Shown: positions 1 to 12,825, counted from the stretch's first letter. The stretch: DNA of 64,000 nt from Octopus bimaculoides (GCF_001194135.2 NC_068986.1:74505720-74569719); one strand, 5' to 3'. The notes: generated by a model not told the origin, from the letters alone. Made by a program: numbers and translations.

Positions 1-280
1 ATGTATGTGTTTGTGGTTATATGAATTCTAATTTATACCTCAAGGTGTATTTAAATTGACTTTTTGGGTTTTGTTTTCTGTTTTACTTTGTCTGAGTTTC
101 ACCTAATTGCATTGTTAGTTGTTAGCAGAATCTAAAGTAAGGCGGGATGTTGAAAGATGTTCCACAAATGTTCTTCCTACACTATTTCTATCTTTTCATA
201 TAGAAATTTAATATATGTGTGTGTGTGTGTGTGTATATATATAGGTACACATATATAGGTACACATATATATATATATAC

Positions 281-311
<31 letters not shown>

Positions 312-1304
312 CATACATACATATATATATATATATATGATTAATATTAGCATCCTGTATGAAAAGCCAGTGTTGAAATCCCTCTGTAGTCGCTCAACCA
401 GCTGGAAATAGCAGCTGTGTTGCTGTCAAACCAAACACTAATCTTGAAAAAAAAAAAAAGAATTGGGATAGTCATGTCTTGAGTTCCTTTGATGATGGTT
501 CTGATTGATCTGACATAGGACCAAACAAAAACAACAATAACAGCAGCAACAACATTGTATATAACCAGACAACACTGGAGCCTTTATGTGGTCACTTGAC
601 CTGCTAGAAATAGTGGACAAATCGTCCTCAATTCACAAACTTTATAAGCAAATAGATTGTGTTGAATAATATGGGCTATGTGATAAATTATTTGTGAAAC
701 AATGTGATGGGCATGACTGAATTCATCTTTGGTGATAAGTTTCTTTTTTATCCTTTTTGTCCAGAAGCTAAACAATGATAACATTATCATATAAAAGTCA
801 GTCATTGGTACACAGTACTTTTACAGTATAGTTTTGCTGAAATGCAGAGAAAAATCTGCTTTGCTTTTTTTTTTTCCCCTCTTTATTTACAACCTTAGTC
901 TGAATATTAATGTATAATCACATTTTCTATCAAATTAACAACATTAATTTTAAAACTTAGGATTTTAATAAACATATAATTTTAGCCTTTTGGTGCAAAA
1001 TATACAAAATAGCTATACAATAGATATTATCTCTCTGTAGACAAAAAAAAGAACCAGACTAATTTGTACTCTTTTTAAACCTTCACCAGAGAAGGAATAA
1101 CCCATCTCTGTCTATGGAGAGATTAATAGCTTACAACTATTTGTAGTATATACAAACTCAGATACAGCAAAACTGGTGAGTCTAATTTGCATAACAGTGC
1201 ATGCATTTAGAATGTAAGCAAATTAATTAATTAATGCTTTTCTTAGAATTTTAAATATAATTCAAAATACAAGGTCTACTTTCTTTTTTTATAACCATCT
1301 TGCT

Positions 1305-1735
1305 AGGTACAGATGTGACTGTATGGTTAAGATGCTTGCTTGCCAACTATATGGTCTTGGGTTCAGTTTCATTGGGCAAGTGTTTTCTACTCTAATCTCA
1401 AGCTGACCAAAGCATTTTACATGAACTTTGTAGAATGAAAGTGAAAGTAGCTTGTTGCAGATGTATACGTGTGTGCAAGTGTATACATACCTTTGTCTTG
1501 ACATTGTATAATGGTTGTTAATGAGTATCATGACCATACAAGCATTGCTGCTCATTTCCAGCTGGCTACAGAATAATATGTCAGACCATGGGAAATATTA
1601 CTTTCCTTGGAAACAAGTGAAGGTTGGTCACAGGAAGAGCACCCAGCCATAGGAACAATTCCAAATAAATTCCATCTGATACATGCAAGCATGGGAAAGT
1701 GAACGTTATTTGATGGTGGTGGTGGTGGTGATGGT
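1305..1735 (+). mobile_element. tRNA-derived SINE family B with RTE-like 3' tail, decayed
   Basis: Head gtatggttaagatgcttgc...gggttcagt, (CA/TG) linker, tail gcatgggaaagtgaacgtt followed by (GAT/GGT)n. Confidence 0.75.
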
Positions 1736-2052
1736 GACCATATACCTTCTCTGTGTGTATGCCACAAGTTTTTATCTCTGTATATGCTAAAAAATGAACT
1801 GGATCAATCTAGTTTCTAGTCTTCTTCGAGCTTCTACATTGTATGTTTATTAAAAAAGATATATACCTTGCATTTCAAATTAACCCAAAATGCTGTGTAG
1901 GATACTAAGAATTAATTAATAATGTTAATATGTACTCAACTTTTGTGTCAGGTTAATGATGACAACTTAATTCACAACAAAAGATAAATTACAAAATGAA
2001 AATTGAAGAAATCAGAAGACATCTGTAGAACATTAAAGGTCTAATGCAATAA

Positions 2053-2167
2053 TTAATGACTATATATTGATAGATGAGCATTGACTGTATTAATGAATTT
2101 ATTTATTGATAGATGCTTATTGACTGCATTAATGAATATATATATTGATAGGCAATTATTGACTGTC
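2053..2167. repeat. 37-39 bp tandem repeat x3
   Basis: Units start at 2053, 2090 and 2129: ttaatga..tat.tattgatag....attgactg. Confidence 0.8.
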
Positions 2168-3378
2168 TTCTGTCTTCATAACTTCAGTGTACTTGTTGTT
2201 GTTGTTGTTGTTGATGTTACCATCACCCATCATTATTGCTGTTGTTATTCTATTGTTTATTTGTGGTCCTTTGTAAATTAGCTGCAAATAAAAGTTTTCA
2301 AATGACTGTTCCATCACCACCACCATCATCATGATCTTCTCTCTTCTCTTTCTCTGTCGTGACTTCAATAATTACAACCTTCTGAATCTGTAAATTCATT
2401 TAAATAATTCTGTAATTAGATAGTGGCAAAATAGAAGGACAAAGAAAAAGAGCACGAAAGAAAATATGGTAGAATGCATTTCATATTATTTCTGATTAAT
2501 TTATGAAGATTGAATAATATTAGTTAGAATTGTTAATATTCTAAAATGTTTTGTGAATTAAGAAAAGGAATGTTATGTGGATTTAACATTAGAGAAGAGG
2601 ACAGAATTTTAAAATACAAAAACCAAAAATACTATGCAAGATATACTGTTATGCTTCAAGATTCTTAATTAAAAATGGTGCCAATTAACTCAGCTTTCAT
2701 CTCTTCAGATGTTAAAAAAAGATAGTTATGGTATGGCATCACCTAAATTTATTTATGTACTAAAACTGAAGAGGCAGACAAATGTGTGGAGAAAGAAATG
2801 TTAAGAAGCTTTTCTTAACTACCATTTGACATTTTCAAATGGAGATAATCAAATTCTGATAAGTCTTGTCTCTGATGAAACTAATTAGTGCAGTTTTAAT
2901 TCAACTCAACCAAAATCCCTGTGATCTATGTACCAGATGTATTTTCACTGTAAGGTTAAATACATATATTTATTAGACATGTGGATATGACATACTACAT
3001 GCAAATTTATATTTAGACAGGGTGTCTTATAATAAGTTTTGACCTGACTATCAAATATACTGTGAAACATCATTTTATGAATTTAATTCATTCCTGAAAG
3101 CTGTTCATCACCGAAAATGTTTGTAAACCAAAACTATTTTTACCATAAGAAATCCAAAAAAAAAAGACACAGCAGGGATGTGCACTGAGTGAAAGCTAGG
3201 CAGCTACTGGTGCTTTCCCACTGATATTCCTAGCTTTGTCGCAAACTGTTGTTGCTAGCTGGCATCTTAGTTACTTGAGACACCATTCGTCACCTGAAGC
3301 ACTTTATGTTCGAAAAATTGTTCATAATCCAATTTGTTTGGGATGAAAGGCATTCATAAAACTGAGTTTTCACTATGC

Positions 3379-3582
3379 TTTCTAACACAAGGCCAGCAAT
3401 TTAAGGCTAGGAGATAAGTCAGTTATATCAACCCCAGTATTTGACTGGTACTTTATTTTATGCATCTTGAAAGGATGAAAGGCAAAATAGACCTTGGCAA
3501 GATTTGAGCTCAGAGCACAAGGAGTTGTGAGAAATACCACCGGGCATTTTTTCAGCATGTTTATGATTCTGCCAACCCACCA
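3379..3582 (-). mobile_element. SINE family A, decayed
   Basis: Reverse complement of family A: aaaggatgaaaggcaaa, atttgagctcaga, gattctgccaaccc. Confidence 0.8.
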
Positions 3583-3835
3583 CCCTGCCTGACCATCAAA
3601 TATAAAATGTAATTAAAATATTCTTTACTTGCTGTTACATTCTTAAATATGTTGGGCTGAAAACATTTAGAACATCCCTCTTTATACATAGATATGTGGA
3701 TATGGATTTTGTTTTGTAACTTTGTGGTCTTGAGTTCAATCTCACTGCATGGCATCTTCAGCAAGAATCTTCTAGAACAGCATCTGGCTGAAAAGTATCT
3801 TGTGTGTGGAGCTGGGATATAGAAACTGTATGGAA

Positions 3836-4067
3836 GCAACGAGCTGGCAGAAACATTAGCACACTGGGCAAAAAAATACTTATGGCATTTTGTCTGCCGC
3901 TACGTTCTGAGTTCAAATTCAGCCAAGGTTGACTTTGGTTTTCATCCTTTCGGGGTCGATTAAATAAGTAACAGTTACACACTGGGGTTGATATAATCGA
4001 CTTAATCCATTTGTTCTTGTTTGTTCCCTCTGTGTGTAGCCCCTTGTGGGCAGTAAAGGAATAAGAA
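3836..4067 (+). mobile_element. SINE family A, subfamily with ...ccccttgtgggcagtaaag tail
   Basis: gagctggcagaaacattagcac (A-box-like), gttctgagttcaaattc (B-box-like), ttttcatcctttcggggtcgat core. Confidence 0.88.
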
Positions 4068-4136
4068 CCTATATGAAAGCTCATTGTGTGTGTATGTATA
4101 ATACTCCCCCATTTTATGCATGTGTCAGTGAATATT

Positions 4137-4344
4137 GGTTTCAAGTTTTGGCACAAGGCCAGCAATTTCGGAGTAAGGGGTATGTTAATTACATTGAACC
4201 CAGTGTTCAACTGGTGCTTATTTTATCAACCCTGAAAGAAAGAAAGGCTAAATCAACCCCTATGTCATTTGAATTCTGAATATGAAGGTGGACAACATGC
4301 TGCAAAGCATTTTGCCCAACGGGCTAACAATTCTGCCAGCTCGC
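4137..4344 (-). mobile_element. SINE family A
   Basis: gttttggcacaaggccagcaattt...aattctgccagctcgc is the reverse complement of family A. Confidence 0.82.
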
Positions 4345-4544
4345 ATGTTTTTTCATTAAAATGATGACAGCAAAAACACTGGCATTTTGACATTCCCTGC
4401 CAACAAACCATCCTCTCTTTAAATTTCTAATCACTTTATTTACCCCACTGTTGTCAACTTAAATTGCTTGCTCCCTTGTATGGTCAGCATGAGGTAGCAC
4501 ATACACACACACACAAGTATGTGTAATATGTAAAGTGAGTGTGT

Positions 4545-4775
4545 GAGTGTGTGTGTTGTCTTGACATTACATGATAGTTGTAAACAAGCATCATTGTCTT
4601 GGAAGCAGTGTCGTTCATTTCCAGTCTTGTCTGACTTTGAGAAAATGTTATCTTACCGGAAACAGGTAAATGTTGGTGACAGAAAGGACATCTAACACAC
4701 AGAAAATTTTGCTTCAAGAAATTCTGTCTGCCCCATACAAGCATGAGGTAGTGAACATCAAAATGATGATGATAC
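4545..4775 (+). mobile_element. SINE family B body with RTE-like tail (headless)
   Basis: gtcttgacattacatgatagttgtaaac...aagcatgaggtagtgaacatcaaaatgatgatgat parallels 1480-1735 and 37500-37745. Confidence 0.65.
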
Positions 4776-4975
4776 ACACACACACACACACACATAAAAA
4801 TTCAATAATAGGATGAATTCTTTTACAAGAATTTATCAAGTAGCTAGCATGAAAAAAAACTCATAAGGGAAAAAATCCATCATTTATTCCCAAGATATAT
4901 TTATTTATATAAGGGCATTACTATACATGAATGCCTCACGCTATGAGGGACTCTAAGGTCAGACTACCATAAAAA

Positions 4976-5012
<37 letters not shown>

Positions 5013-5754
5013 CAAGGGTAAGATTCAGGGATCCAAGTGTAGGAAATTTGTGAACTTCAAGCAGTCCATGGAATCCCCCGCCCCTGAAATTGCTGGCCTT
5101 GTGCCAAAATTTGAAACTAATATTGCTAGTATCTTTAAGTTTATGGGATACATATCCATGCATAACCTTCTACTAAAATGATGCATGTTTCTCTTTCAAT
5201 TTTCTGTTTCAAGTGGGTTAGCCCAGCTACCTTTGGGTCACATGTTGCAGAAACATACTCAGAGTACCTTTTTTCAAGAGTTATATATCTACATATGTCT
5301 CTGAGCATGCACATTGTTCTTGATTTATGAAAAAAGCAATTTTTTCAGCAATGGAGAAAGAGCTGGTTTCTAACACAGAAACAAAACTCTCTTATTGATA
5401 TTTAGACAGCATCGACTTAGTAGTCATCGCATGTGTGGATCTGTTTGTGTGTGTCTATGTGAATTTATTCACACTTCAGCTTGATTCTTCTCAATAAGTT
5501 AACACACATAACACACATCATTGCTATCTTCTCTAGTTTCAGTTTTTACATTTGGCTGCCAAATTTAATTATAAATGGTATTTCTAAAACAATCATCAGA
5601 AGAGTTTGCTCTCTTCTCACCAGTTATATTGTTGCTTGGTCTGGAACTGCTTTCAGCCAATTCTATATTTCCTGAGGCACCCTGCATATTTTAATAACGT
5701 GCATCCATGCAACACAATAACTACTTGTTATTGTCCATATACAATAATTCAGAA

Positions 5755-6160
5755 GTGGTAGTGATAAAAAGAGAGTGATGATGGCAGTGATGATGGATGC
5801 AGTAGGGATAGTGGTAGTAGTGGTGGTGGTAGTAGTAGTAGCAGTAGTGTTGTTTGTGATGTTGTGGTGATGGTAATGTTATTATAATGATGTTTCAAAA
5901 TGGTTGCTTTGACATTATAGCAGTAATGGCGGTATGTGGGGACAGTTGTCATGGTTTTGTATAACAAAATATCGATGTGTAGTAGTAGTAGTAGTAGTAG
6001 TAGTAGTAATACTAGTTGTAGGAGGAGTAGTAGTAGTGGTGGTGGTGGTGCTGGTGTTGCTGGTGGTGGGTGGTGGGTGACAATCTTGTCAATGGTGTGA
6101 ATGGCTGTGGGGGTGGTGATGGTCACAATTGTGGTGTTGGTGGTGGTGGTGGTAGTGACA
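5755..6160. repeat. Compound trinucleotide microsatellite (GTA/GTG/GAT)
   Basis: Runs of gtagtagta and ggtggtggt; explains low-complexity ORFs 5749-6126 and 6101-6319. Confidence 0.85.
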
Positions 6161-6541
6161 GCAGCATCATTAGAAATGGTTCAGAGCAGTAAAAGCATTC
6201 CAGATAACAAATTAGTAGTCAAGGTGACATTGGTGCGACATGCACATAATGATTGCAACACACATGGCTCCATTGATGCTGGTAACAAAGGCAATCTCTG
6301 TCTGTCTGGAAGAAGATAAGTTTGTAAGATGCTTGTTTTCAAAGTGCAATGTTACATGGTAAAAGAAAACGAGTACCGAATGCCGAAGATGTTGTGATAC
6401 TGGACAGAAACAAAGTGAGTATAGGTATGTTATATTAGGGAGATCCAATGAGGACACTAATTGTAGCAGTGGAGTTATCACACATGAGCAACAATGAAAT
6501 ACTGCTATTTCTATAGACTGAAATACATGGAAGTTGTAATA

Positions 6542-7160
6542 TTGAGTTGTCCGGAAAGTTTGTGCCGAGGAGTGGCAGTGTGGTAAGTAGCTTGCTTACC
6601 AACCACATGTTCCGGGTTCATTCCCACTGTGTGGCACCTTGGGCAAGTGTCTTCTACTATAGCCTCAGGCCAACCAAAGCCTTGTGAGTGGATTTGGTAG
6701 ACGGAAACTGAAAGAAGCCCGTCATATATATGTATATATATATGTATGTGTGTGTGCTTGTCTGTCTGTGTTTGTCCCCCTTTCAACATCGCTTGACAAC
6801 CGATGCTGGTGTGTTTACATCCCCGTAACTTAGCAATTCAGCAAAAAAGACCGAGAGAATAAGTACTAGGCTTTCAAAAGAATAAGTCCTGGGGTCGATT
6901 TGCTCGACTATAGACGGTGCTCCAGCATGGCCGTAGTCAAATGACTGAAACAAGTAAAAGAGTAAAGAGAAAGAAAAAGGTCAATGAATACTTGCCATTA
7001 CATTTTTAATCAACCACATATGAACCATTTTGTTGCACAATGTTTCTCCATCTTTCCTTTAACTTGAAAATACCCTCTTCGCATAATTGAGGTGGTTTCA
7101 TGGCAAATAAGTCAAAAGGTAAGCTACTGTAAATTGGCACAAACTTTCCGGACAACCCAA
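6542..7160 (-). mobile_element. Internally deleted mariner element with both TIRs and TA target duplication; SINE B nested inside
   Basis: Left TIR ttgagttgtccggaaagtttgtgccga (6542-6568) vs reverse complement of 7134-7160: 25/27 identical; TA at 6540-41 and 7161-62. Minus strand encodes mariner transposase C-terminus EEGIFKLKERWRNIVQQNGSYVVD*. Confidence 0.88.
6569..6975 (+). mobile_element. SINE family B, well preserved
   Basis: ggagtggcagtgtggtaagtagcttgcttaccaaccacatgttccgggttcattcccac head; ends gtcaaatgactgaaacaagtaaaaga. Confidence 0.9.
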
Positions 7161-7593
7161 TATAAGCAGGATCAGTTAGGATTTCTAGTCCCTTGCATGG
7201 ATATTTCCTTTGGTGAGGTGATGTATAAATGAAATTATTATCTTCATTGATCACCAAAGGGTAAATCTGATAACGTTAGGCATTTGTTGTTTCGGTTTCT
7301 TCCTTATTTCTTACTCTCTTTCTTGTTTTGATTACACAGGGAAACAAAGTTTTGGTTGCATTAATACCTGCACTTGTTCTTAATTTCTTTGAGCATGCTT
7401 ATTTCAAATCTGGGATTAGTTTATCACTCTGTAAGCTCTAGATTTTATGCAATTCAAAATAATCTTTTTTCTCAAAATTTTGACACCTCTCACGTGGTAA
7501 CATGGCCCATCTGAAAAATTGATGGCCATAGAGTCTTAAAGTTAGACTCAAATAACCACCTGATACATACATACATACATATGTATATATGAA

Positions 7594-7830
7594 GGTGCAT
7601 GACTTAGTAGTTAGAGTGTTGCACTCATGACTGCGAGATCATGGTTTCGATTCCCAGACCAGGCACTGCATTGCGTCCTTGAGCAAAACACTTGATTTTA
7701 CATTGCTCTGTGATCATTTTGTCATCTGACATGTTACACATGGTGCACCTGTACAGGTGATGCCGATTTGATGGAGGGAATGAGTTTATGTAAACACAAA
7801 CATTTGATCACTATAAGTAAATCATGTGTG
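7594..7830 (+). mobile_element. SINE family D (CORE-like central domain), decayed
   Basis: ggtgcatgacttagtagttagagtg...ggtttcgattccc tRNA-like head, then ccttgagcaaaacactt..cattgctc; related to 36002-36190. Confidence 0.7.
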
Positions 7831-8464
7831 TGGTCTAATGATGGGAGAGTCCATTGTGTGTGTGTGCTCCTCTGCCAGTTCCTCAATAGTTATGATGGGA
7901 TTTTGNNNNNNNNNNATTTTGTTCCACCAGGGTTTGCAGAACATCCTTGTTGAGCTCTACAGATCTCCCAGGTTCTAGGCTGTAGTTTCCAGCTCAGAAT
8001 TTTTGGAACCACCGTTGACACTGGCTTACACTTATTCTCTGATCCTCATATACTGCATTAATATTCCTTACACTTTCCGTTGCGTTGTCTTTATTGAACT
8101 CGTAAAACAAAATATGCTGAATATGCTCCCTTGTCACTTCCATTATAACTTTGAAAAATTAACTGTTAAAATCAAACTACACACTTCAAAACTTGCACTA
8201 AGAATAAGTACAAGGTAACATTACTTCCTGATTTTATGACAAGTTGATGCAGGTAGTTTATCCCACCCCACTCCAACTTTTAGTTCACGCAATTGAAAAA
8301 GCCACATTATTTATGGGATGACCCAATAAAAACTACAGCTTGCTAGTCACTACAACTGTCTAAGAATACGGAGACATTGAGGTCAGACCCTACCAAGTCT
8401 GAAGAGTGGGACCAGGTTGCACAAAATGATTCTCATTTTAAAACTTACTAACTGTGGTAAGAAC

Positions 8465-8836
8465 TACTGTGTGGTGAGAACTGTTTCCAGCCACATGGTT
8501 CTGGGTTCAGTCCCACCACGGGGCACTGGGATAACTGTCTTGTACTACAGCCTCAAGCTGACCAAAGCCATGTGTGTGGATTTGGGAGACAAACTGAAAG
8601 AAGCCAAGCCCTTTGTGTATGTGTGTGTGTGTGTCTGTCCCACCACCATCACTTGTCAACCAGTAATGGTGTGCCTATGTCACCATAACTTAGTGGTTCA
8701 GAAAAGAAAATCAATATAATGAGTATCAGGCTTAAAGAAAATCAGAACTGGGGTCAATTCATTTGACTAAAATTCTTCAAGACATTGCTCCCAGCATGGC
8801 CACAATCTGACGACTGAAACTAGTAAAAGAAATAAG
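8465..8836 (+). mobile_element. SINE family B, decayed
   Basis: ccacatggttctgggttcagtcccac head; tail ccagcatggccacaatctgacgactgaaactagtaaaaga. Confidence 0.82.
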
Positions 8837-9510
8837 ATACATATATGTGTGTATGTGTGTGTGTATTAATTTAAATGCATTTCATGAGTTGTCGAAATTT
8901 TCATTGTATTACTGCAATCTGATCTGAAATATATAGTTCTACTACAACTTGATTGTCAGTTATTAACCAGTTTTTAAAGGTCAAGTGTTTTTACTTGCCC
9001 TTTCATTTTCAGTTTTTATTTTTTTACTTTCTTCCTTCTTGAGTTTATAGACATACGTGAATGTTGTATTGCAGATTGACTTTGACGCCATGATAATATC
9101 AGTTATTAGTTGAATACTGTTGGTCATTTTCAGTTCACATTATTCCACATCTTTCATAACAGTTTTTTTTATTGTATCCAGTTGATTCTTACTAATTCTC
9201 TCTGTCTCTCCATATATATATTTGGACATCTAAAATGACAGCAATAACTTTATAACAGACATATGTGATATTTATCACAAACTGGGCGTGGACAGTTTCA
9301 TCATTCAACAATTGTGTACCCTTATCTATTTACTTTTAAATATTTTATAGCTTATTTTTTCACATTCCCATTCACAATATGATTGATTGTTTTCTCTCTC
9401 TCTCTTCCTTTCTATACTATCCTCTCCTGTTCTACCCCAACCACTAAAAGTTTATATATGCAATATTTTACCATTTGATAAAATTTGTAATCTTAAATTT
9501 CATTTTACAG

Positions 9511-9968
9511 TGTCATCATCATCATTATCATCGTCGTTTAACGTCTGCTTTCCATCCTGGAATGGGTTGGATGGTTTGACCGAGGGCTGGCAAGCCAGAA
9601 GGCTCCAATCTGATCTGGCAGAGTTTCTACAGCTGGATGCCCTTCCTAATGCCAACAACTCCGAGAGTGTAGTGGGTGCTTTTTACATGCCAAGAGCACT
9701 AGGGCCAGTCAGGCAGTGCTGGTATCGACCACGTTTGAATAGTGCTTTTTATGTGCCACCAGCATGGGAGCCAGTCATGCGGCATGGACAATGACCATGC
9801 TCGAATGGTGCATTTTATATGCCACTGACACGGGACCAGTCAGCTGGCACTGGCATCAACCAAACTTAAATGGCGCTTTTTACATGCCACTGGCACAAGG
9901 CTAGTCAGGCAGCACAAGCAACGATCATGCTTGAATGTTGCTTTTTACATGCCACTGGTACAGGACCA
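9511..9968 (-). mobile_element. RTE-type retroelement 3' end containing a ~65 bp minisatellite
   Basis: (CAT)n-tttaacgtctgctttccat...ggatgcccttcctaatgccaac is the reverse complement of the RTE-like tail at 19240-19380; ~4.5 units gtgcttttacatgccactggcac...gaatg at 9676-9968. Confidence 0.75.
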
Positions 9969-9978
9969 GATAATAGCA

Positions 9979-10400
9979 GCAGGCATGGCTGTATGGTAAG
10001 AGGCTTGTTTCCCAACCACATGGTTCTGGGTTTAGTCCCACTGCATGACACCTTAGGAAAATGTGTTCTACTGGGGCCAACCAAAGCATTGTGAGTGGAT
10101 TTGGTAGACAGAAACTGAAAGAAGCCCATCATATATATATATGTGTGTGTGTGTGCATACATGTATGTATGTATATTTAAATGTGTGTGTCTTTGTATCT
10201 GTGTTTATCCCACCCACCATTGCTTGACAACTGATGTTGGTGTGTTTATGTCCCTGTAACTTAGGAGTCTGGTGAATGAGACTGATAGAATAAGTACTAG
10301 GCTTACAAAGAATGAGTCCTGGGGTTGATTTAATCGACTAAAACCCTTTAAAGAAGTGCTACAGAACGGCTACAGTCAAATGATTGAAACATTTAAGAGA
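9979..10400 (+). mobile_element. SINE family B
   Basis: gcaggcatggctgtatggtaagaggcttg head, gtgagtggatttggtagacagaaactgaaagaagccc core, tail gtcaaatgattgaaac. Confidence 0.85.
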
Positions 10401-10417
10401 ATATATATATATATATA

Positions 10418-11629
10418 TAGGGTTTGGACAAAATAATGGAAACACCTTAAAATTTCAAACAAATTTATTAAAATATGGGGTAGGACCGCCTTTGGCAGTA
10501 ATTACAGCTTGAATTCTATGAGGTATGGACTTGTACAAAGTTTGAATTATTTCCAAAAGAATTTTTGTCCATTCTTCAGTTAAAATAGTCTCTAGTTCTT
10601 GTAGTGATGATGGTGGAGGATATCAACTCCTTACTTGTTTTTCTAAAATGCATCATAAATGTTCAATAATATTGAGATCTGGAGACTGTGGTGGCCAGAT
10701 GAGATGTTCCTCATGCCATTCAGTAACAACTTTAGCTGTGTGAATTNNNNNNNNNNNNNNNNNNNNNNNNNNNNNNNNNNNNNNNNNNNNNNNNNNNNNN
10801 NNNNNNNNNNNNNNNNNNNNNNNNNNNNNNNNNNNNNNNNNNNNNNNNNNNNNNNNNNNNNNNNNNNNNNNNNNNNNNNNNNNNNNNNNNNNNNNNNNNN
10901 NNNNNNNNNNNNNNNNNNNNNNNNNNNNNNNNNNNNNNNNNNNNNNNNNNNNNNNNNNNNNNNNNNNNNNNNNNNNNNNNNNNNGTAGTTGGAAATAAGG
11001 TAAAAGATGACTTGTCAGAGAAAATAACATTCGTCCACTGTTCTAGGAACCAATTCTGTAGGTTTTTACTCCACTGTAAATGCTTTGTAACATTTGTTTT
11101 TCAAAGTAGTGGTTTTCTGATTGCAGCCCTCCTGGCAAACAGTTTTTGTGGAAACTGGGTTCTCAGGGTAGTCATTAAACTCTGCAGTAATTTTGGGAGC
11201 TGTACTTTTGTGATCTTTTCTAACAATTCATGTAAGAGTCTGACGGTCCCTATCTGAAAATTTTGTTTTTCTTCCTGAGTTTTCTTTTGATGAGGAGGTT
11301 TTTCCCTCTTTCTCTAAGGCTGTCATTACTTTCGAGACAGTACTTCTTGATACACCAAACATTTCGGTTGTTTTCATCATGCTAGCACCTGCCATATGAG
11401 CACCAACAATTTGACCTCTTTGAACGTCTGATAGATCTGTCATTTTAATGAATTTTAATTACCTTTTTCTGATGATATCTGAAAAGAAACAGCAATTTTA
11501 GCAAAACATTAAGCAACACTAATGATAAATAAAAAACATGAAAATAAACATACATTTGATAGTTTAATAGATATTTCAAAATTATGATGCTATGATACTA
11601 GGTGTTTCCATTATTTTATCCAACCCTTC
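10418..11629 (-). mobile_element. Tc1-family (DD34E) transposon, full-length outline, transposase pseudogenised; intronic
   Basis: ~30 bp TIRs (agggtttggacaaaataatggaaacacct / aggtgtttccattattttatccaaccctt), TA on both sides. HTH start MTDLSDVQRGQIVGA...GVSRSTVSK, then WTNVIFSDKSSF and WPPQSPDLNIIEHL; stops/frameshifts; gap at 10747-10984. Confidence 0.93.
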
Positions 11630-11777
11630 TATATCAATGTATATGTCACCGCTCGCAGAGCCAATAAAAGTTAACCAATACTGCGTTCTTAAAGGGTGGA
11701 ATTTCATTCATCTTTTGTCACATAAAATTGTGTTCTGAGGGAAAATTCACTTCTAACCTGCCATGTTTTATTTACAG

Positions 11778-11930
11778 CAACCAATCAGCAACTTTGATTT
11801 CAAATCCGTCGTAACATTTGGTGGATGGAAAGATGATTTCATGCTTGTTGTTAACCAATTGATTGAGTCAGCTCCCCATCACTATGAACATAGGACAGAG
11901 AAAATGTTGTTTGTACTGCCAAAACCCAAG
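11778..11930 (+). CDS. PLEKHH2: Penultimate coding exon of PLEKHH1/2 (MAX-1) ortholog; FERM F3 (PTB-like) lobe
   Basis: Acceptor tttatttacag|CAA and donor AAG|gtatgg; 153 nt, phase 0/0. Encodes QPISNFDFKSVVTFGGWKDDFMLVVNQLIESAPHHYEHRTEKMLFVLPKPK, matching the recalled PLEKHH C-terminal motif YKSxxTFGGxxDDFMxV...TEKLLFxMxKPK. Paralog (1 vs 2) cannot be assigned. Confidence 0.93.
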
Positions 11931-12067
11931 GTATGGTCTTTTATTTTTCTTGTTGATTATTTTTAACATATATACAAAAGCCTTTTTCAAAGACGTGTAC
12001 ATTCGCTTCATATAGATTTTCACATAAAGATACATTCATTCATATATGCATGCAAACTTACATTTGG

Positions 12068-12280
12068 TATATATATGAGGTAGTGAATTCAATTCCCAGA
12101 CTGGGCAGCATGTTGTGTTATTGAGAAAGACATTATGTCATGTTGCTCCATTTTACGCAGTTGTAGAAATGAATTGCAATGTCACTGATGCCAAGCTGTA
12201 TCGGCCTTAACCTTGGATAACATTGGTGGTGTGAAGGGGGTGGGAATGGAGAGGCTGGTATTCTATAAACAACCTTATGT
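12068..12280 (+). mobile_element. SINE family D, decayed
   Basis: gttgtagaaatgaattgcaatgtcactgatgccaagctgtatcggcc matches the reverse complement of 26092-26348. Confidence 0.72.
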
Positions 12281-12825
12281 CAGTAAATACTTCATTATTT
12301 TCAAAATTAATTGAATCTAAGAACATATATTTCAATATGGTTAAAGACATGGAAGTAATGATCAAACTCTTAGGAGTTACTGACTTAAATATTGCATACT
12401 TGTTTACAAAGTAAATGTATGGGATAGATTGAGTACCAAGGATTTGAAAAACCGTCAGAGTATTTAATATATTTTAGAGAAACCAGTTTTTTTTGTTTTT
12501 GTTTTTTTGAAACAGAAACGTAATTTGACTGACAGATGAATGGATGGGAAAATAATTTCATTATAGAGTGAAAGATAAATTAGGCTTGGAAAAAGAAAGA
12601 TTTGTGATGAAGTGGTTTTGATGAATATTACAAATTAGGTCTGCATGCAATAACAGATAGCAACACATTGAAGAGTTGTGGAGACACAGATCAACTTAAG
12701 AAACTTGGATGAAAAAACAGGCCTAAATGAATATATAAATAAATAAATAGATAGATAAATTGTCAAAATACAGTGACTTTTATTTATTTATGATGAAAAT
12801 GATAGTACTAATGATAATATTTTCT

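Noticed and set aside
1-11777. Upstream PLEKHH exon (expected KWPFFGAKLF...WLAVxEDG motif)
   Set aside because: No matching open exon found by eye; it probably lies upstream of the window. The candidate 1090-1175 ending in gtgagt has stops in every frame from the nearest acceptor.
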